Below, in pieces: positions 12,778-27,000 of a stretch of DNA of 64,000 bases (its first letter is position 1; every line of letters starts with the position of its first letter). The position numbers were made by a program, and so were the translations under genes. The stretch is from contig NC_091989.1 in assembly GCF_044704955.1 (NCBI RefSeq), positions 134,416,001-134,480,000 on the forward strand, given 5' to 3'. This DNA is from Pristiophorus japonicus. Taxonomy: Eukaryota. The notes under the pieces are model-generated. The model searched no databases. It had not been told where the DNA came from and saw only the letters and a list, made by a program, of their open reading frames with translations.

Positions 12778-15700
12778 ATGGCCGCGCCTATGGGAATAAT
12801 AGGGCACTTGAGTGAGTTTCAACATGACTGAGAGACTTTCAGAGTGTATGTAGAGCAGTTAGAAATGTTTTTCCCTGCAAATTGTATCATTGAAGTCCCC
12901 GATGATGAAAACCGTAACCGGGTAGTGTTAAAAAGAAAACGGGCTATTTTCTTGACTGAAGCAGGCCCAGAGGTGTATGAAACCCTGAAAAATGTCCTTG
13001 TTCCTGTCACGCCAAAGGACTCATCACTTACGGAGATTCTAAACAAGTTAGAACAGCACTACAGTCCTGAGCCCCTGGAAATTGCTGAAAGTTATCGTTT
13101 CGGACTACAAGGTTAGTTAATTGATGAATGTATCAGTGAGTACATTGTAGCATTAAAGAAGCTATCCAATCACTATCACTTCGGAAACTTTCAGGACTGA
13201 GCATTGCATGGCCGCTTTGTTTGTGGAATGAAGAATGAAGCAATAAGAAGAAAGTTGTTGACAAGCCCTAACTTGACTTTTGATTTAGCGTGTCAGACAG
13301 CTATGTCAATGGATATGGCCGACCAATATTCTTGAGAATTTAGAGCCATTTCCAGTCATCAGACAATTGAGATGAATTGCCTGCAGGTTAAAAGTAAAAG
13401 GCAGTGGGGCCCCAAGGTCTCAGCAACTTGCCAAGATAACAGAGCATTGAAGTCGTGCTATCAGTGTCTGGGACAACACATTGCTCAAAGTTGTCCATAT
13501 GTGAAGGCAGAATGTTTCTTCTGTAGGAAAACTGGGCATCTTGCAAAGGCATGCCGACTGAAGAGTAAACCAACTTTCAAGGCTATAAGTAGAAATCCCC
13601 ATAGCATGGAAGAAAAGCAACAGGATGAGGAGGTTTTGGAGATACACATCATCAGAAGCACAAAAGTATCTCACAGCGATTCAAAAAGTAGATTTTGCAG
13701 AAACCAGGATAACCATGGAACTCGACACTGGCGCATCAGTGAGTGTAGTACTGGAATTGCTATACCTCGACAAATTGCGGGATTTCCCATTGGAGAAATC
13801 CAAGGTAGAGCTGCAAGGCTACTCAGGAGAGCAAATTCCTGTGGTAGGTCATATCACCGTACCGGTGAAATACAAGGATCAATTTCAGAGCTTGCATCTC
13901 TTAGTAGTGGCAGGAGACAAGCCTGCCTTACTAGGTAGAAATTGGTTGAGATCACTGAAGCTGGATTGGAATTAGATTTTTCATGTTGAAACGAGATTTG
14001 CATCGAAGGATGATGTCATTAAGAAGTATCCGAAGGTGTTCTGCGAAACAGGCAGTCCGATTCAAGGCTTCAAGGCATGTGTCAGGGTACAGAAGGACAC
14101 TAGACTAGTTTACTGCAAGCCACGTCCTTTACCATACGCACTCAAGGATAGAGTTGAGCAAGAACTCAAAAGACTAGAGAATGAGAACATTATCTCTAAG
14201 ATAGATCTATGTAATTGGGCTACACTCTTGTTGTTATACCTAAATCAGATGGTAAGGTAAGGTTGTGTGGTGATTATAAAGTAATCGTAAGCCAAGTTCT
14301 AGAGGGTAATCTTCCCAATACATTGCCAAATGTAGAAGATTTGTTCACAATGCTGACAGGTGGTCAGATCTTCTCAAAGTTAGATCTCACAAATGCCTAC
14401 TTACAACTTGAACTAGATGAGGACTATAAATATTCATCTAGGCCTATATCAATTTAATAGGCTACCATTTGGAATGTCTTCCGCCCCATCATATTCCAAG
14501 GGATGCTGAACCAGATTATGTAAGGCATTGAAGGAGTAGTATGTTATTTAGATGACATACTCATGTCAGCACCAAACAGGCTAATCCATAATAACTTATT
14601 GAATGAAGTGCTCAAACGGTTAGAGAAGCACAGAGTACAAGTGACTGCTCGCAAGTGTGAGTTATTTCAAAACGCAGTGGAGTACTTAGGGCACAGAGTA
14701 GACAAATATGGTTTACATCCAACCAAGGGAAAGCTGGATGCAATTAGAAATGCACCCACTCCCAAGAATGTCATTAAACTTTGATCAATTTTGGGTCTTT
14801 TGAACTATTATGGGAAGTTCCTACCAAATATGGCTAGAGTGTTACATCAACTGAATGAGCTGTTGAAAAAACAGCTCATTGGAAATTGTCAGAAGAATGC
14901 GACGCAGCATTCAAGGAGTGTAAAAGCCAGTTGGTAGAGAGTACCATGTTAGTTCACCATGACGTATCTAAGGAGATCAAGCTAGCATGTGACGCCTCTC
15001 CGTATGGAGTTGGGGTAATGATCTCTCATGTACTACATAGTGGGGAGGAGAGACCAATTGCTTTCGCTTCACGCATTCTCAGTGCCAGTGAGCGTAATTA
15101 TGTGCAAATCGAAAGGGAAGCTTTGCCATTAATTTTTGGGGTCAAGAAGTTCCACAAATACTTATATGGTCATAAGTTTATCATCGTTATGAACCATAAG
15201 CCCCTGACAGCAATCCTCCATCCAAAGTCCCCAGTTCCAAGATTAGCTGCAGCCCGAATGCAGAGTTAGACTTTGATTTTGTCAGCATATACGTATGACA
15301 TTGAGTGCAGACAATCAGCGGATTACAGGGATGCTGATGCTATGTCCAGGTTGCCTTACCCAATCACAAGTTACACCCGATATGTAAGAGGTGTTCGATT
15401 TTTCATTCATTGATGAACTGCCAGTCACAGCTGAAGAGATTGACAGAGCAACCAAACGTGACCCAGTTATGTCAAAGGTGTATGATTAAATAGCAAATGG
15501 CTGGCCAAACCAGATATCAGAGAAAGAAATTCATCCATACTTAGTTCATAGGAATGAATTGTCCATCAATAAAGATTGTATCATGTGGGGTGCAAGAGTA
15601 GTTAGACCAAATAAATTCCAGTCCAAACTATTAGGAGATCTTCATGACCAGCACCTGGGAATGTGCTTGACCAAGAATTTTCCACGCAGTTACTTATGGT

Positions 15701-16860
15701 GCCCAGGTCTAGATAAAGATATAGAATACATCGCTAGTCAGTGTACAACATGTCAATCAATAAGCAAGAAACCAACACTAGTACCATTACAGCCATGGAA
15801 ATGGCCTCCTAGGGTGTGGCAAAGGTTACATATCAATTTTGCTGAGCTAGAAGAACAACAATTGTTCATTGTGATTGATAGCCATTCGAAATGGGGAGAT
15901 GTTTCTAATGCGGAAAATAACAACAAGTAAAACACTAGACAATTTGTGAAGATTATTTTCTCCATATGGCCTCCCAGAAAAGATTGTGTCTGATAATGGA
16001 CCACAATTGTGTTCAGAAGAATTTGCAGTTCACAAGCAGAAATAATGTGAAACATACCAAGATTCTACCATACCACCCTGCTTCAAATGGTGCAGCAGAG
16101 CGCACAGTACAAATTATAAAACGTGCTCTCATCAAGCAAATGCTTGATCCAAATCCAAGGAAATGGCAGTTGTCATTGGACCACAAATAGGCTAATTTTC
16201 TAATTACTTATAATACTCCTCATTGAACTATTGGTCAAACGACAGCCACAAACCAGGTTCTCGTTGTTAAAGCCAAACTTGGCACTGTCAGTAGAAGAGA
16301 AACAATTAAGACAGAAAGAGAATCATGATAGAGGTAGAGTAAGAGAGAGAAGTATGAAATTAAATCAGAAGGTAAGAGTGAAGAACCATCACCATAAATG
16401 GTTAAAGTGGTTACCAGGAAGAGTAATGAAGATATGTGGTCCTCGCACATATTTGGGCAAGATGTTTGATCATGGAAAGGTTTGGTTTGTTCATATTGAT
16501 CATATTTTACCTACAGATGTGGAAGGAGTTGAAAGTTGGAATGATTCGATTATTTCTGATACATCAGATAGTCTTATTACAAGTACAGTACCAGTAGCAT
16601 ATGCTACATCAGATGTACTAAAAACAAGTCTAAGAGAAAGTCAGAATTTAAGTCTGAGTCCGAGTCAGGCAGACAAACAGTCTGATGTTGTAGAGAGTTC
16701 AAATGTAGATCAAGGACATCCCTTGGTGAAAAACTCTCCTCAGGCTCAGCCTAGAATGAGTCTAAGTTCGACACCATGTTTGAAAAATTCTGTTCAAGAG
16801 CGAAGGTATCTTCTTCGAAACAGAAAACAAGTGTTGAGTTTAATTTGTAAATATGGCAAA
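12778..16860 (+). pseudogene. Disrupted gag-pol of element A
   Basis: Gag start MAAPMGIIG. Zn knuckles CYQCLGQHIAQSC and CFFCRKTGHLAKAC. Protease LDTGASVS. RT (RLCGDYK, FSKLDLTNAYLQ, CYLDD). RNase H (LACDASPYG). Integrase (PYHPASNGAAER). Many stops and frameshifts. Confidence 0.92.
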
Positions 16861-17259
16861 ATAAGTCCATGGGCTAGATTTTGTGCTTATTGCCCAAAAA
16901 AGGGCGTTATTTCCAGCGTGGGAGGTAAAAATGGGTTTTCAGATCGTCGGCTTCTCGGCCATTCTCAAAGTACCTAGTCTCCATTTTTGAAATTGGGCAT
17001 AGCGATATGAAATGGGCGGTAGCGTTAAATCTTGCTGACCTTCTGCCGTAAAGTGTCGCCGTCCTTAGCAACGGCATGGCAACGCTCGATTCCTGTGATT
17101 CAGAAGGTCAAGGGTCATCATGACATGCGCAGAAGAGGAGACAGAGAGAGAGGGAGCTGAGAAGGACTGAAGGCATGTGTGGGTGTGGTGGAGGAAGGAG
17201 GGAGAGTTTAGAGCTTTACAGCAAATAGGGAAACAAAATTTAGCTGTTACCAGCCTATA

Positions 17260-19075
17260 ATGGAGGGAGAGGAGTAGGCATCACAGCACGCTATGGAAAC
17301 TGACACTGGCGAGAGCAGTGAAGTGGGAGAGGAGCACATTGGAGGTTGCAAAAGAGTGAGGAGGTTCTCGGACGAGGCAAATGCCTCCCTCCTGCAGGAG
17401 GTCGAATTACGCTGGGGTGATTTGACACAGAGGGCGTGGAAAGCCCATCCCAAAGGCCTACCAGAAGATATGGACCGAGACAGCAGAGGTGGTCTCGTCG
17501 GCGACCAACGAGGTGCATGGGAGCAACCAATGCCGCAAACGATGGAACGACCTTGTGGGATCCGCAAGAGTAGATATTACATTTATTTACATGTACTTAT
17601 GTATTTATATAATTTGATTTGTAACAGTCACGAGTGACTATCAGCAGATGTGAGGTCTTGCACTTTTACCGGGAATGTTTTACTCAAAGCCTGCGGTCAT
17701 GGTGCACAGCTTTAGGTAAAGAATGATAATTATCATAATAATCATGATTACGTCTGTCGGTTATGTGTTGTATCAATGTCTGTGACAGTACCTAGCAATG
17801 ATATCACGTAATGATTTCATGCCATGTTGTCCTGTCACCTTTTACAGAAGAAGCTATCAATGATGAGGTCTGTGCAGAGGCGAACGGGTGGGGTGCCACC
17901 AGTCCCCAGCGACATCACAGAGATGGAGGAGCATGTGCTCGCACTCGAGGGGAGGCACACCCAGATAGCCACGGAAGCATCTGCAGACCCTGAAGTGATG
18001 CTACATAAGTAAAGTTTACACCATTGCATGATGTAAAGTCAATAGATGCCACACCCACTCATATCCGAACAATCATATATGATAGATGATTTCTAAAATT
18101 GTCATAGAAATAATGATGGCCTATTGGAAATCATTGCAATGCAAATGTGTTGATGGTCATTAAATGTGATGTCTGTGATGGTTTTGATAGTGGTGGTGCT
18201 TTTGTCGTGCATATGCTGTGTGTAGCGCTGGACTCGCCTTGTGACCCTAGCATCTCCTTCTCCTCTAATAACCTCATTTGTGTTTTGCAGCTCATCCAGC
18301 AGCGCCCCAGGCAAGACCACAGAGGCCAGAAGGTGGGGGTGTGGGGCCCGACTCTCCAGTCGATCCTACATCTGGTGCTGAGGAGCTCAGATTCTCGCCC
18401 GTCAATCCGCTGAGTCTGTTCTCTATGGATAAGAGCGCAGACTTCGAGGAACCTGCATCGCCACGCTCCAGAAGCCAAGGTCATCCAGTGGTCCTCCAGT
18501 CATTCCCACCTCCACTCTGGAGGTACCGGTCCCAAGCACCTCACCACAGAGCACCTCATTTGTCTCCAGGATGGCGCCAACCCTGCGGAGGCCTCGTGGA
18601 CGCGGCAGGTCTGGTCCACAAGCGCCACATGAAAGCGGAGAGATGGTATAGTTGTCCAGGAGGACTATAGACATTGGTGACCAGCTCATCGAAGCACTGG
18701 GGGGCATATCTTGACAGCTGGCCACCATGACTGAGAACATTCCTTGGTTGGCAGAGGCCCTGGATGCGATAGCCAGGAACACTGCTGGCAGAGGCCTCCC
18801 AGTGGTCCCAGAGCGCGGCACTCCACCCCTAGGTTCTGCACCACCACTGTGAACGACAGATGCCAGCAAGGACCAAGATCCTGCTTCTGCATCAGAGAAT
18901 GTGGCCCCCTCGGCACCCCCCCCCCCCACCGCTCCCGTACCCATGCAACCACCACCTCTGCCTTCATCCCCCCCCAATGAGGCACCGCCTGAGGAGCTCC
19001 TCAGCCAAGTGCCATGGAACGAGGAGGGGAAGGGGTAGAGGTGGGGAGAAGAAGGGGAGGGGGGAAGGAAAGTGA
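17260..19075 (+). pseudogene. Harbinger Myb/SANT-like (NAIF1/MSANTD-type) partner gene, 3 exons (~17260-17569, 17848-~18008, 18291-19075)
   Basis: Exon 1 reads KRVRRFSDEANASLLQEVELRWG...(frameshift)...KIWTETAEVVS...QCRKRWNDLVGSAR. Acceptors 'ttttacag' and 'ttttgcag'. Exon 2 reads KKLSMMRSVQRRTGGVP. Confidence 0.82.
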
Positions 19076-19509
19076 GGTGCATGTCTGCAGGTGATGGCTG
19101 TGTTATATCTCCATCTGGGTGTATGCAATTTGTTGTAATGTATGGGGGAGGGGACCACCCTCCTGCTTTGCATTTGTATTCTGTGTTGCTGGACATGTTG
19201 AACACTTGATTGATGTCAATGGTGGAAAAAGTGGGGTGTGGGCAGGGGTTGGGTGTTTTTGTCTGTGATACTTATGATTTCAGACCAATGTTGGTATGAA
19301 AATGTTTTTATTGAACATAACCTTGTTGCACATTGTCTCAGATAGCTGCACCGTTACACACTGAACATGAAAGGATTAAATAAAACTTAACTTCAATCAA
19401 TGTAAACTTTAGCTGGCACCAAGGTGATGGGCATCATTGATGTCTGAGCTGCACACACACGGCAGTGTGTCAGCGTTGTCACTCACAGCAACGTTCTTTC
19501 AGGCAAATC

Positions 19510-20692
19510 ATTCAGATATCAGCTCCTCACGTAAGAATCTTGCAGCTATTTAGCCACCACGGGCCCTTTCCTGCGGTCTGGAGGGAGTCGTGGGCATAGC
19601 CAGCCTGATTGTCTGGCCCTAGGTCAGCGTCCAGCCCCTTGTCATCTTCTTCCTCTCTCTCCTGAGGTGGAGCATCAGTCCCTTCTGGGCAATTCTTGGC
19701 CCCTCCTGATAGCCAGGTTGTGCAACATGGAGCACACGACCACGAATATACCTACTTGCTCAGGGTTGTATTGTAGCACCCCTCCTGAATGGTTCAGACA
19801 TCTGAAGCACTGCTTAAGCACAGTTATTCTTTTGTGGACCACATTGCGTGTGTCTCTGTGGCTACGGTTGTATCGCTTTTCGGCCTTGGTGTGGGTGTCT
19901 AGCAGGGGGGTCATCAGCCAGGTGGCTAGGCCATATCAGTTATCACCAAGCATCCAGCATTGTCCTTGTGGCTGACTCTTAAACATGTCAGAGACAACGC
20001 TCTTACGCAGGATGTGAGCCTCATCGAAGGTGCCTGAACATTTGGCATTCACTGCCATGATAATCTGGTTGTGGTCGACAACTAGTTGGACCTTCAGGGA
20101 GTGAAATCCTTTTCTGTTATGAAAACGCTACGGGTCCTGAGAAGGTGGCGTTGCATGGCGATGTGAGTGCACTGTATAGCTACCTGCACCCTGGGGAACT
20201 TAGCAATGCGGTAGAATGCTCTAGCCCTGTCAGTCTGAGCCTCCGTTGTCATGGGGAAGCTGACATGATAAGGTTCATCCTTCTCACGTACAGGGTCTCC
20301 ATGACCTGTCTAATGCAGCGATGGGTTGCATAGTGAGACAGAGGGAAAATCGCGCCCGCGGAGGCCCGAAAGGAACCTGACGTGGAGAAAGACAGTGCCG
20401 CGGTGACCTTGACCTCGACCGACACTGATGTCCTGATGACAGGCTGCATATGTGGCATGATGAGCTCACATATTTCATTGATCACCACCTTGTGGCAGCG
20501 CAGTCTCCGAAGGCAGATGTGGTCGGACACGTCGAGATAGGACTTCTTTCCCCTGTACGTGCGGGGTGTGTATGGTCTGGCCCTCCTCATTCTTAAATTG
20601 GACACATAATGATGTGCATCACACATTGAGCCATCTGCACTCTGCAACATCTGTGTATTAATCGATGCAGGCTGAGAAATGGCTGGCCCCAT
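19510..20692 (-). pseudogene. HARBI1-like DDE transposase, frameshifted
   Basis: MGPAISQP...CLRRLR...SVEVKVTAALSFSTSGSFRASAG, then MTPLL...VLKQCFRCLNHSGG...VVVCSMLHNLAI. Confidence 0.9.
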
Positions 20693-21639
20693 TGCAATGA
20701 AAGCATAATAGCGATTGATCAGAGCAATAATTTCCTCACTAAAATACACCTAGAGTAAACCCCCAATAGTCCAGAGTCTGAAAATATGTCTGTTGAGATA
20801 GTCACTTCACTTGAGGAAAACTCCAGAGTTAATGCAAACTCCCCTGAAGTTGAAGCAGCCTTTTGAATGAAGCAAACTGCAATTTTAAAAATGGCAGCCA
20901 TACCACTGGCTTTAGTTCAGAACGGTTCCAGTTTTTCTGGTCGATTTTTTGGGCGAGCGATATTGTGGCCGATATGTGTGCGAGGTGGTGAAAGTGATGA
21001 TGGGTGATCTCCTGGGCATTAGTTTCGCCAAATGTGCTCTTTTTGACAAAAACAAATTGGCGGGTGGTATTATTAAATCTTGGCGTTAATTCCATGCAGA
21101 AAGTAATGCTGGGCAATATTATGGGTATTGATTTCACCCATTCTGATGATTCCACCCAAAAAAAGTGGGCGGGCGGTATTATTTTTTCCCAACGTTACGC
21201 ACACAGGGAAAGTAACGCTCGCCAATAAGTTTCCGAAAAATGTCCATCAGTTTCCATTTTGTGGCTAAATGAGCGATATATGGGCGTTATATGTAATTTC
21301 AGCAGTAAAATAGATGTTAAGTGGGCATTAAGCTTGCAAAAAACGAAGAAACGCTGGCTCCATATCTTTTGTTATGTATAAACATGCAAGTTATGTATGC
21401 TGATTATGCTGTTATAGTTACTTCTTCATTAAGGAGAGAGAACTGTAATATAGTTCCACCTAGTGGACTACTGCTCCACCTAGTGGACTACTGTGCTAAT
21501 GCAGCATTGCTGTTTACAAAGAATAAAAAAGGAATGGAGCCATCTTGGAGTCTGTGTGTGTTGTGATGTCGTAAAGAATATACCACAGACATAAATGGAC
21601 AGGGAATAAATAGAGTCATAGAACAGGAGTGTAAAACTA

Positions 21640-22695
21640 GTTAAAAATAAAGTGAGGAACTGTTATTACAAATTAATTAAACTGTACAGCAATGTACACA
21701 GTGTCCATAATAAAACAGGGGAACTGGAGGCAATAATACATTGTGAGGAACCAAATGTAGTTGGGATTACTGAGACATGGCTACAGAAAAATCAGGACGT
21801 GGAATTAAACATTGCAGGGTATAACATATTTAGAAAAGATAGAATGGGAAAAGGGGGAGGTGGAGGAATTGTAACTATTAGAGATAACACAATGGCAATA
21901 GAAAAATTTGATGAAGGCATCAGAAAGACAAAATTAGAATCCCTGTGGATTGAGATAAGAGATAATAAAAGGGATCAATCACACTAATAGAGATAGTCTA
22001 ATAGAGGAGGTGAAAGAAGAAATATGCAAACAAATTAAGGAAATGAGTAACAAACATAGAATAATATCATGGGGGATTTTAACTATCCCAAAATTAATTG
22101 TCCAGAAGAGGTAGGTAAAAGGGATAAAGGAATGTGTACAGAACTCCTTTCTAACTCAGTATGCAAGAAGCCCAACAAGGGAGGATTTACGACTGGATAT
22201 GGGGATTGAACCAGAGCAGATAAGAGAAATAAAAGTAGGGGAATATCTAGGCAATAGTGACTATAATATATTGGGTTTAGGATAATAATTGAGAAGGACA
22301 TAAGCATGACAAGATCAGGGTAATAGATTGGAGAAAAGCTGATTTTGAGGGGCTGAGAATAGAACTTGGGAGAATAAAATGGACAAGATTATTGGCAAAC
22401 AATGATGCAAAACAGCAATGGGAAACATTTGAAAAGGTGTTCAACAGTGTCCAGGAAAAATATATTCAGCTAAACAACAAGAATGAACTAAACACTAATG
22501 AGACACCAAGGATGAATAAAGATATAAGAGAAAAATTGCAGGTAAGGAAAGGGACATACACTAAACATATGAACAACAGAAGGGTGAATACGAAGAGATT
22601 AGAAGAGAAGTCAAAGAAACAATTAGGAAGGCCAAGAAGAACTATGAAATTAAATTAGCAAGATACATAAAACAAAACAGTAAAATATTCTACAG
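21640..22695 (+). mobile_element. CR1 LINE ORF2 5' part (AP endonuclease), degenerate
   Basis: LYSNVHSVHNKTGELEAII...VVGITETWL...GYNIFRKDR...GGG, then 'atcatgggggattttaactatccc' (MGDFNYP). Confidence 0.85.
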
Positions 22696-23150
22696 AGGGG
22701 TTGCCAGGCTGCCCGTTGGCGGCCCGGCCGAACCCGGGGGCAGTATTTTGCTGGCCGATCAGGAAGTCGGCCGGCAAAAATGTTTACATTGCGGCCGCGG
22801 CAGTGGGCCCTTCCCTTTAAGGGCAGTCGCGCTGCTGGGCCGCACTCACTCTGCAGAGGGTGCACCAGCAGAAAAACCTGTCAGGGGCACCGCGCGATGG
22901 CGGATCAACGGATGGAGCTGAATATCGGAAGGTAAGTATGTTTGTTTAATAAAATTGGCAGTGCAACCCCAGATGACTTGCTTTCGGCGGTCATCAGAAT
23001 CGGGCGCGATCAGATCTAGGACAAAAAATCCCCGACCTGAATTTAGGCCAGGTCGGCCAGTTGACCCCAAAGCGGCGGCCATTCAATTTTTAAGAATGGC
23101 CACTGCAAATGGGCATTAACAGGTCTCTTTGAGATCCTGAATTTCACCCC
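22696..23150. mobile_element. Truncated GC-rich Harbinger-type MITE fragment
   Basis: CpG-rich block ending in terminus-like 'ctgaatttcacccc'. No left TIR found. Confidence 0.45.
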
Positions 23151-24060
23151 TTGGTGTGTAAAGGTTTATGTTGACCTGTGTGGGTCCCAATAATCTGCTG
23201 TTGTTGCTATCTAGGCTCACATGAGAAGAATGGGCATTTGGATTAGATACTGCCACCTTTAGAATTATATCCCAACATGAGTTAACACCTAGAAGATATG
23301 AGCAGTAAGGGGAGAAAATCTGGATAATTGGATAAGGAAATGAATAAAGGCTACGCCACAGGAAGGGATTTACGCAAGTCTGCAAAAGAGAGTCTTCAAA
23401 TAAGGCATAAATAATAATGCTGGCTGTGATATATTTAATTTATGATAATTATAAGTTTTATGTGAACAAGTGATTTTTGCAGCTTGGTTAAACCTGCTTT
23501 GTGGTGTCACTTTTATTTATAATGGTACATCTCGGCCAAAGTGTGATAAATATGACTCAATGTAACCCCTGTAGCCTACAGAATACAAACAGTACTTTAC
23601 GTAAGCTCAGTACAGCTTCATTTCACTTACAATATCTATAGGTGAAAAGGCTTCCGCGACTCTGCAGGCACTGCTGTTGGCCAGCTGGCAGAAAACACGT
23701 GAGACTGGTCTGATAGAGATACCCCATTTGTTTTTTGCTCCTTTTGCAGGCAAGCAACCAGCCTCTGCCTAGTTCCTCACTGCACGGCACAGTTGAGATG
23801 ATGAAAGCAGCAGCTAGAGAATTTAACCCTGCATAACTCCTCCAGCCCTACAACCCTCCAAGATCTCTGTGCTCCTCCAATTCTGGCCTCTTGCGCATCC
23901 CCAATTTTCATCGCTCCACCATTAGTGGCCATGCCTTCAGCAGCCTAGGCCCTAAACATTGCAATTCCCTCCCTAAACCTCTCCGCCGCTCTATCTCTCT
24001 TTCTTCCTTTAAGATACTCCTTAAAATCTACCTCTTTGACCATCTATCCTAATACCTCCT

Positions 24061-27000
24061 TGTTATATATGTAAACTTGTATTTACTCTGTACAGCCACC
24101 AGAGGGTTCATCCCCTGGAGTCCCAAGGGATCCCATAATCCCTTGGGAGCACAGGTATTTAAGGAGGCCTCACAGGTGGGAGAGGCACTCTGGAGACCTG
24201 CAATAAAAGACTACGGTCACACTTTATTTTGAGCTCACAGTGTTCAGTCTGACTCTTTCTCCATACACTACAACTGGCGACGAGATACAGATGGCGAACC
24301 CAAAGATGCAGAGAACAGTGGGCATCCTGGAGAAATTCTCGGAGGGAGATGATTGGGAAACTTTTGTGGAGCCAATACTTTGTGGCCAACGAGCTAGATG
24401 GGGAAGAGTGCGCTGCCAAACAAAGGGCGATCCTCCTCACCGTCCGTGGGGCACTAACGTATTGCCTCATGAAGAATCTGCTCACTCCAGCGAAGCCCAC
24501 GGAGAGATCATACAATGATTTGTGCACACTGGTCCAAGAGCATTTTAACCCGAAGGAAAGCATTCTGATGGCGAGGTACCGGTTCTACACCTACAAAAGG
24601 TCTGAAGGCCAGGCGAGTTATGTCGCTGAGCTAAGACGCCTCGCAGGACATTGCGAATTTGAAGGACATTTGGAGCATATGCTCAGAGACTTTTTCGAAC
24701 TTGGCATTGGCCACGAAACCATACTTTGCAAACTTTTGACTGTAGAGACCCACAACCTTGAGTAAGGCCATAGCGATAGCCCAGGCGTTGATTGCCACCA
24801 ATGATAATACGAAGCAAATCTCTCAGCACACAAGTGCTGCTACAAGTACTGTGAACAAAGTGATGTTGTTTTCGAATCGTAATGTACAGGGGAGGTCACA
24901 CATACCTGCAGCCACACGTCCGCAGATGTCTCAGAACCACCATCAAGGGTGATGAATGCAAGGCCATTAACACATTGTTGGCGCTGCAGGGGTGATCATC
25001 GTTTCCATTCATACCGATTCAAAGAGTACATTTGCAAGGGCTGTGGAACAATGGGACACCTCCAACGAGTGTGCAGGTGAGCTGCAAAGCCTGTTTAACT
25101 TGCAAATCACCATGTTGCAGAGGAGGACAGATCCATGGAGGATCACGACAAATCAGAGCCTCAGATCGAGGAAGCAGCGGTACATGGGGTGCACACATTC
25201 ACCAAAAATTGTCCCCCGATAATGCTGAATGCTGAACTAAATGGACTCCCGGTGTCAATGGAGCTGGACATGGGCGCGAGCCAGTCCATCATGGGCAAAA
25301 AGACTTTCGAAAGATTGTAGTGCAACAAGGCCTCAAGGCCAGTCTTAACTCCAGTTCGCACAAAACTAAGAACTTACACGAAAGAACTGATTCCTGTAAT
25401 CGGCAGTGCTACCATAAAGGTCTCCTACGATGGAGCGGTGCACAAACTACCACTCTGAGTGTTACAGGGCAATGGTCCCACGCTGCTCGGCAGGAGCTAG
25501 TTGGGAAAGATACGCTGGAACTGGGATGATGTCTGAGTGCTATCGTCCACTGACGACACTTCGTGTGCCCAGGTCTCAAACAAATTTCCTTCTCTGTTCG
25601 AACCAGGTATCGGAAAATTCCAAGGAGCAAAAGTGCAGATCCACCTAATTCCGGGGGCGCGACCCATCCATCACAAGGCGAGAGCAGTACCGTACATGAT
25701 GAGAGAATGGGTCGAGATTGAGCTAGACCGGCTGCATCATTTCCCCGATCGAGTTCAACGAGTGGGCCAGTCCTATTGTCCCAGTCCTCAAAGGAGACGG
25801 CACCATCAGAATCTGTGGCTATTACAAAGTAACTATCAATCTTTTCTCCCTGCAGGACCAATACCCACTACCAAAGGCCGACGTCCTCTTTGCAACATTG
25901 GTGAGAGAAAAGACGTTCACGAAGCTGGATCTGACTTCAGCCTACATGACGCAGGAACTGGAGGAATCATAAAAAGCCCTCACCTGCATCAACACCCACA
26001 AAGGTCTTTTTGTTTATAACAGATGCCCATTTGGAATCCGATCGGCAGCGGCGATATTCCAGAGAAATGTGGAAAGCTTACTGAAGTCGGTCCTGCACAC
26101 CGTGGTCTTCCAGGACGACATCATGGTTACAGGTCGGAACACAGTCGAGCATCTGCAGAACCTGGAGGAGGTTCTTCGTCGACTCAACAGCGTGGGGCTC
26201 AGGTTAAAAAGTTCGAAATGCGTTTTCCTGGCGCCTGAAGTGGAGTTCCTGGGAAGGAGGATTGCGGCAGATGGCATCAGGCCCACCAACGCGAAGACGG
26301 AGGCAATCGCGAACGCACCGAGGCCACAGAACGTGACGGAGCTGCGGTCGTTTCTGGGACTCCTGAACTACTTTGGTAACTTCTTACCGGGTCTCAGCAC
26401 ACTGTTAGAACCACTGCATGTCTTACTATGAAAAGGGGGCAAATGGGTTTGGGGCAAAAGCCAAGAAAATGCCTTTGTAAAAGTGAGAAAATTGTTATGC
26501 TCAAACAAATTGCTTGTGTTATATGATCCATGTAAGCGTTTGGTCCTAGCATGTGATGCATCGTCATATGGCATCGGGTGTGTATTGCAACAAGCTAATG
26601 ATTTGGGGAAACTGCAACCGGTTGTTTATGCATCCAGGAGTCAGTCTAAGGCCGAGAGAGCCTACAGCATGATTGAGAAAGAAGCATTAGCGTGTGTCTA
26701 TGGGGTAAAGAAAATGCATCAATACCTGTTTGGGCTAAAATTCGAATTGGAAATTGATCATAAGCCACTTATATCCCTGTTCTCCGAGAGTAAAGGGATA
26801 AATACCAACGCATCGGCCCGCATCCAGAGACGGGCGCTCATGTTGTCCTCATACAACTACGCCATCCGCCACAGGCCAGGCACAGAAAACTGCATCGATG
26901 CTTTCAGTAGGCTGCCATTGCCCACCACGGGGGGTGGTAATGGCGCAGCCCACAGATCTAGCCATGGTTATGGAAGCATTTGAGAGTGAGCAATCACCCG

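Larger units (their letters stand above)
16871..21360. mobile_element. Complete two-gene PIF/Harbinger transposon nested in the 3' region of LTR element A
   Basis: Ends 'gggctagatttt' and 'aaacgctggctc'. TSD CAT at 16868-16870 and 21361-21363. Removing it rejoins the pol end to the PPT and 3' LTR. Confidence 0.9.
12465..21587 (+). mobile_element. Ty3/Gypsy (Mag/K02A2.6-like) LTR retrotransposon A, full-length but decayed, interrupted by a Harbinger
   Basis: LTRs 12465-12609 and 21444-21587 (TG...CA; about 10 substitutions and 1 indel). TSD GACAT at 12460-12464 and 21588-21592. PBS 'tggcgatgaaggatggga' from 12611. PPT 'aaggagagagaac'. Confidence 0.95.

Noticed and set aside
16231-16977. 248-aa ORF as an env-like or extra gene
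   Set aside because: It is the integrase C-terminus (KWLPGRV..GPRTY) plus a low-complexity tail reading into the Harbinger. No signal peptide or TM segment.
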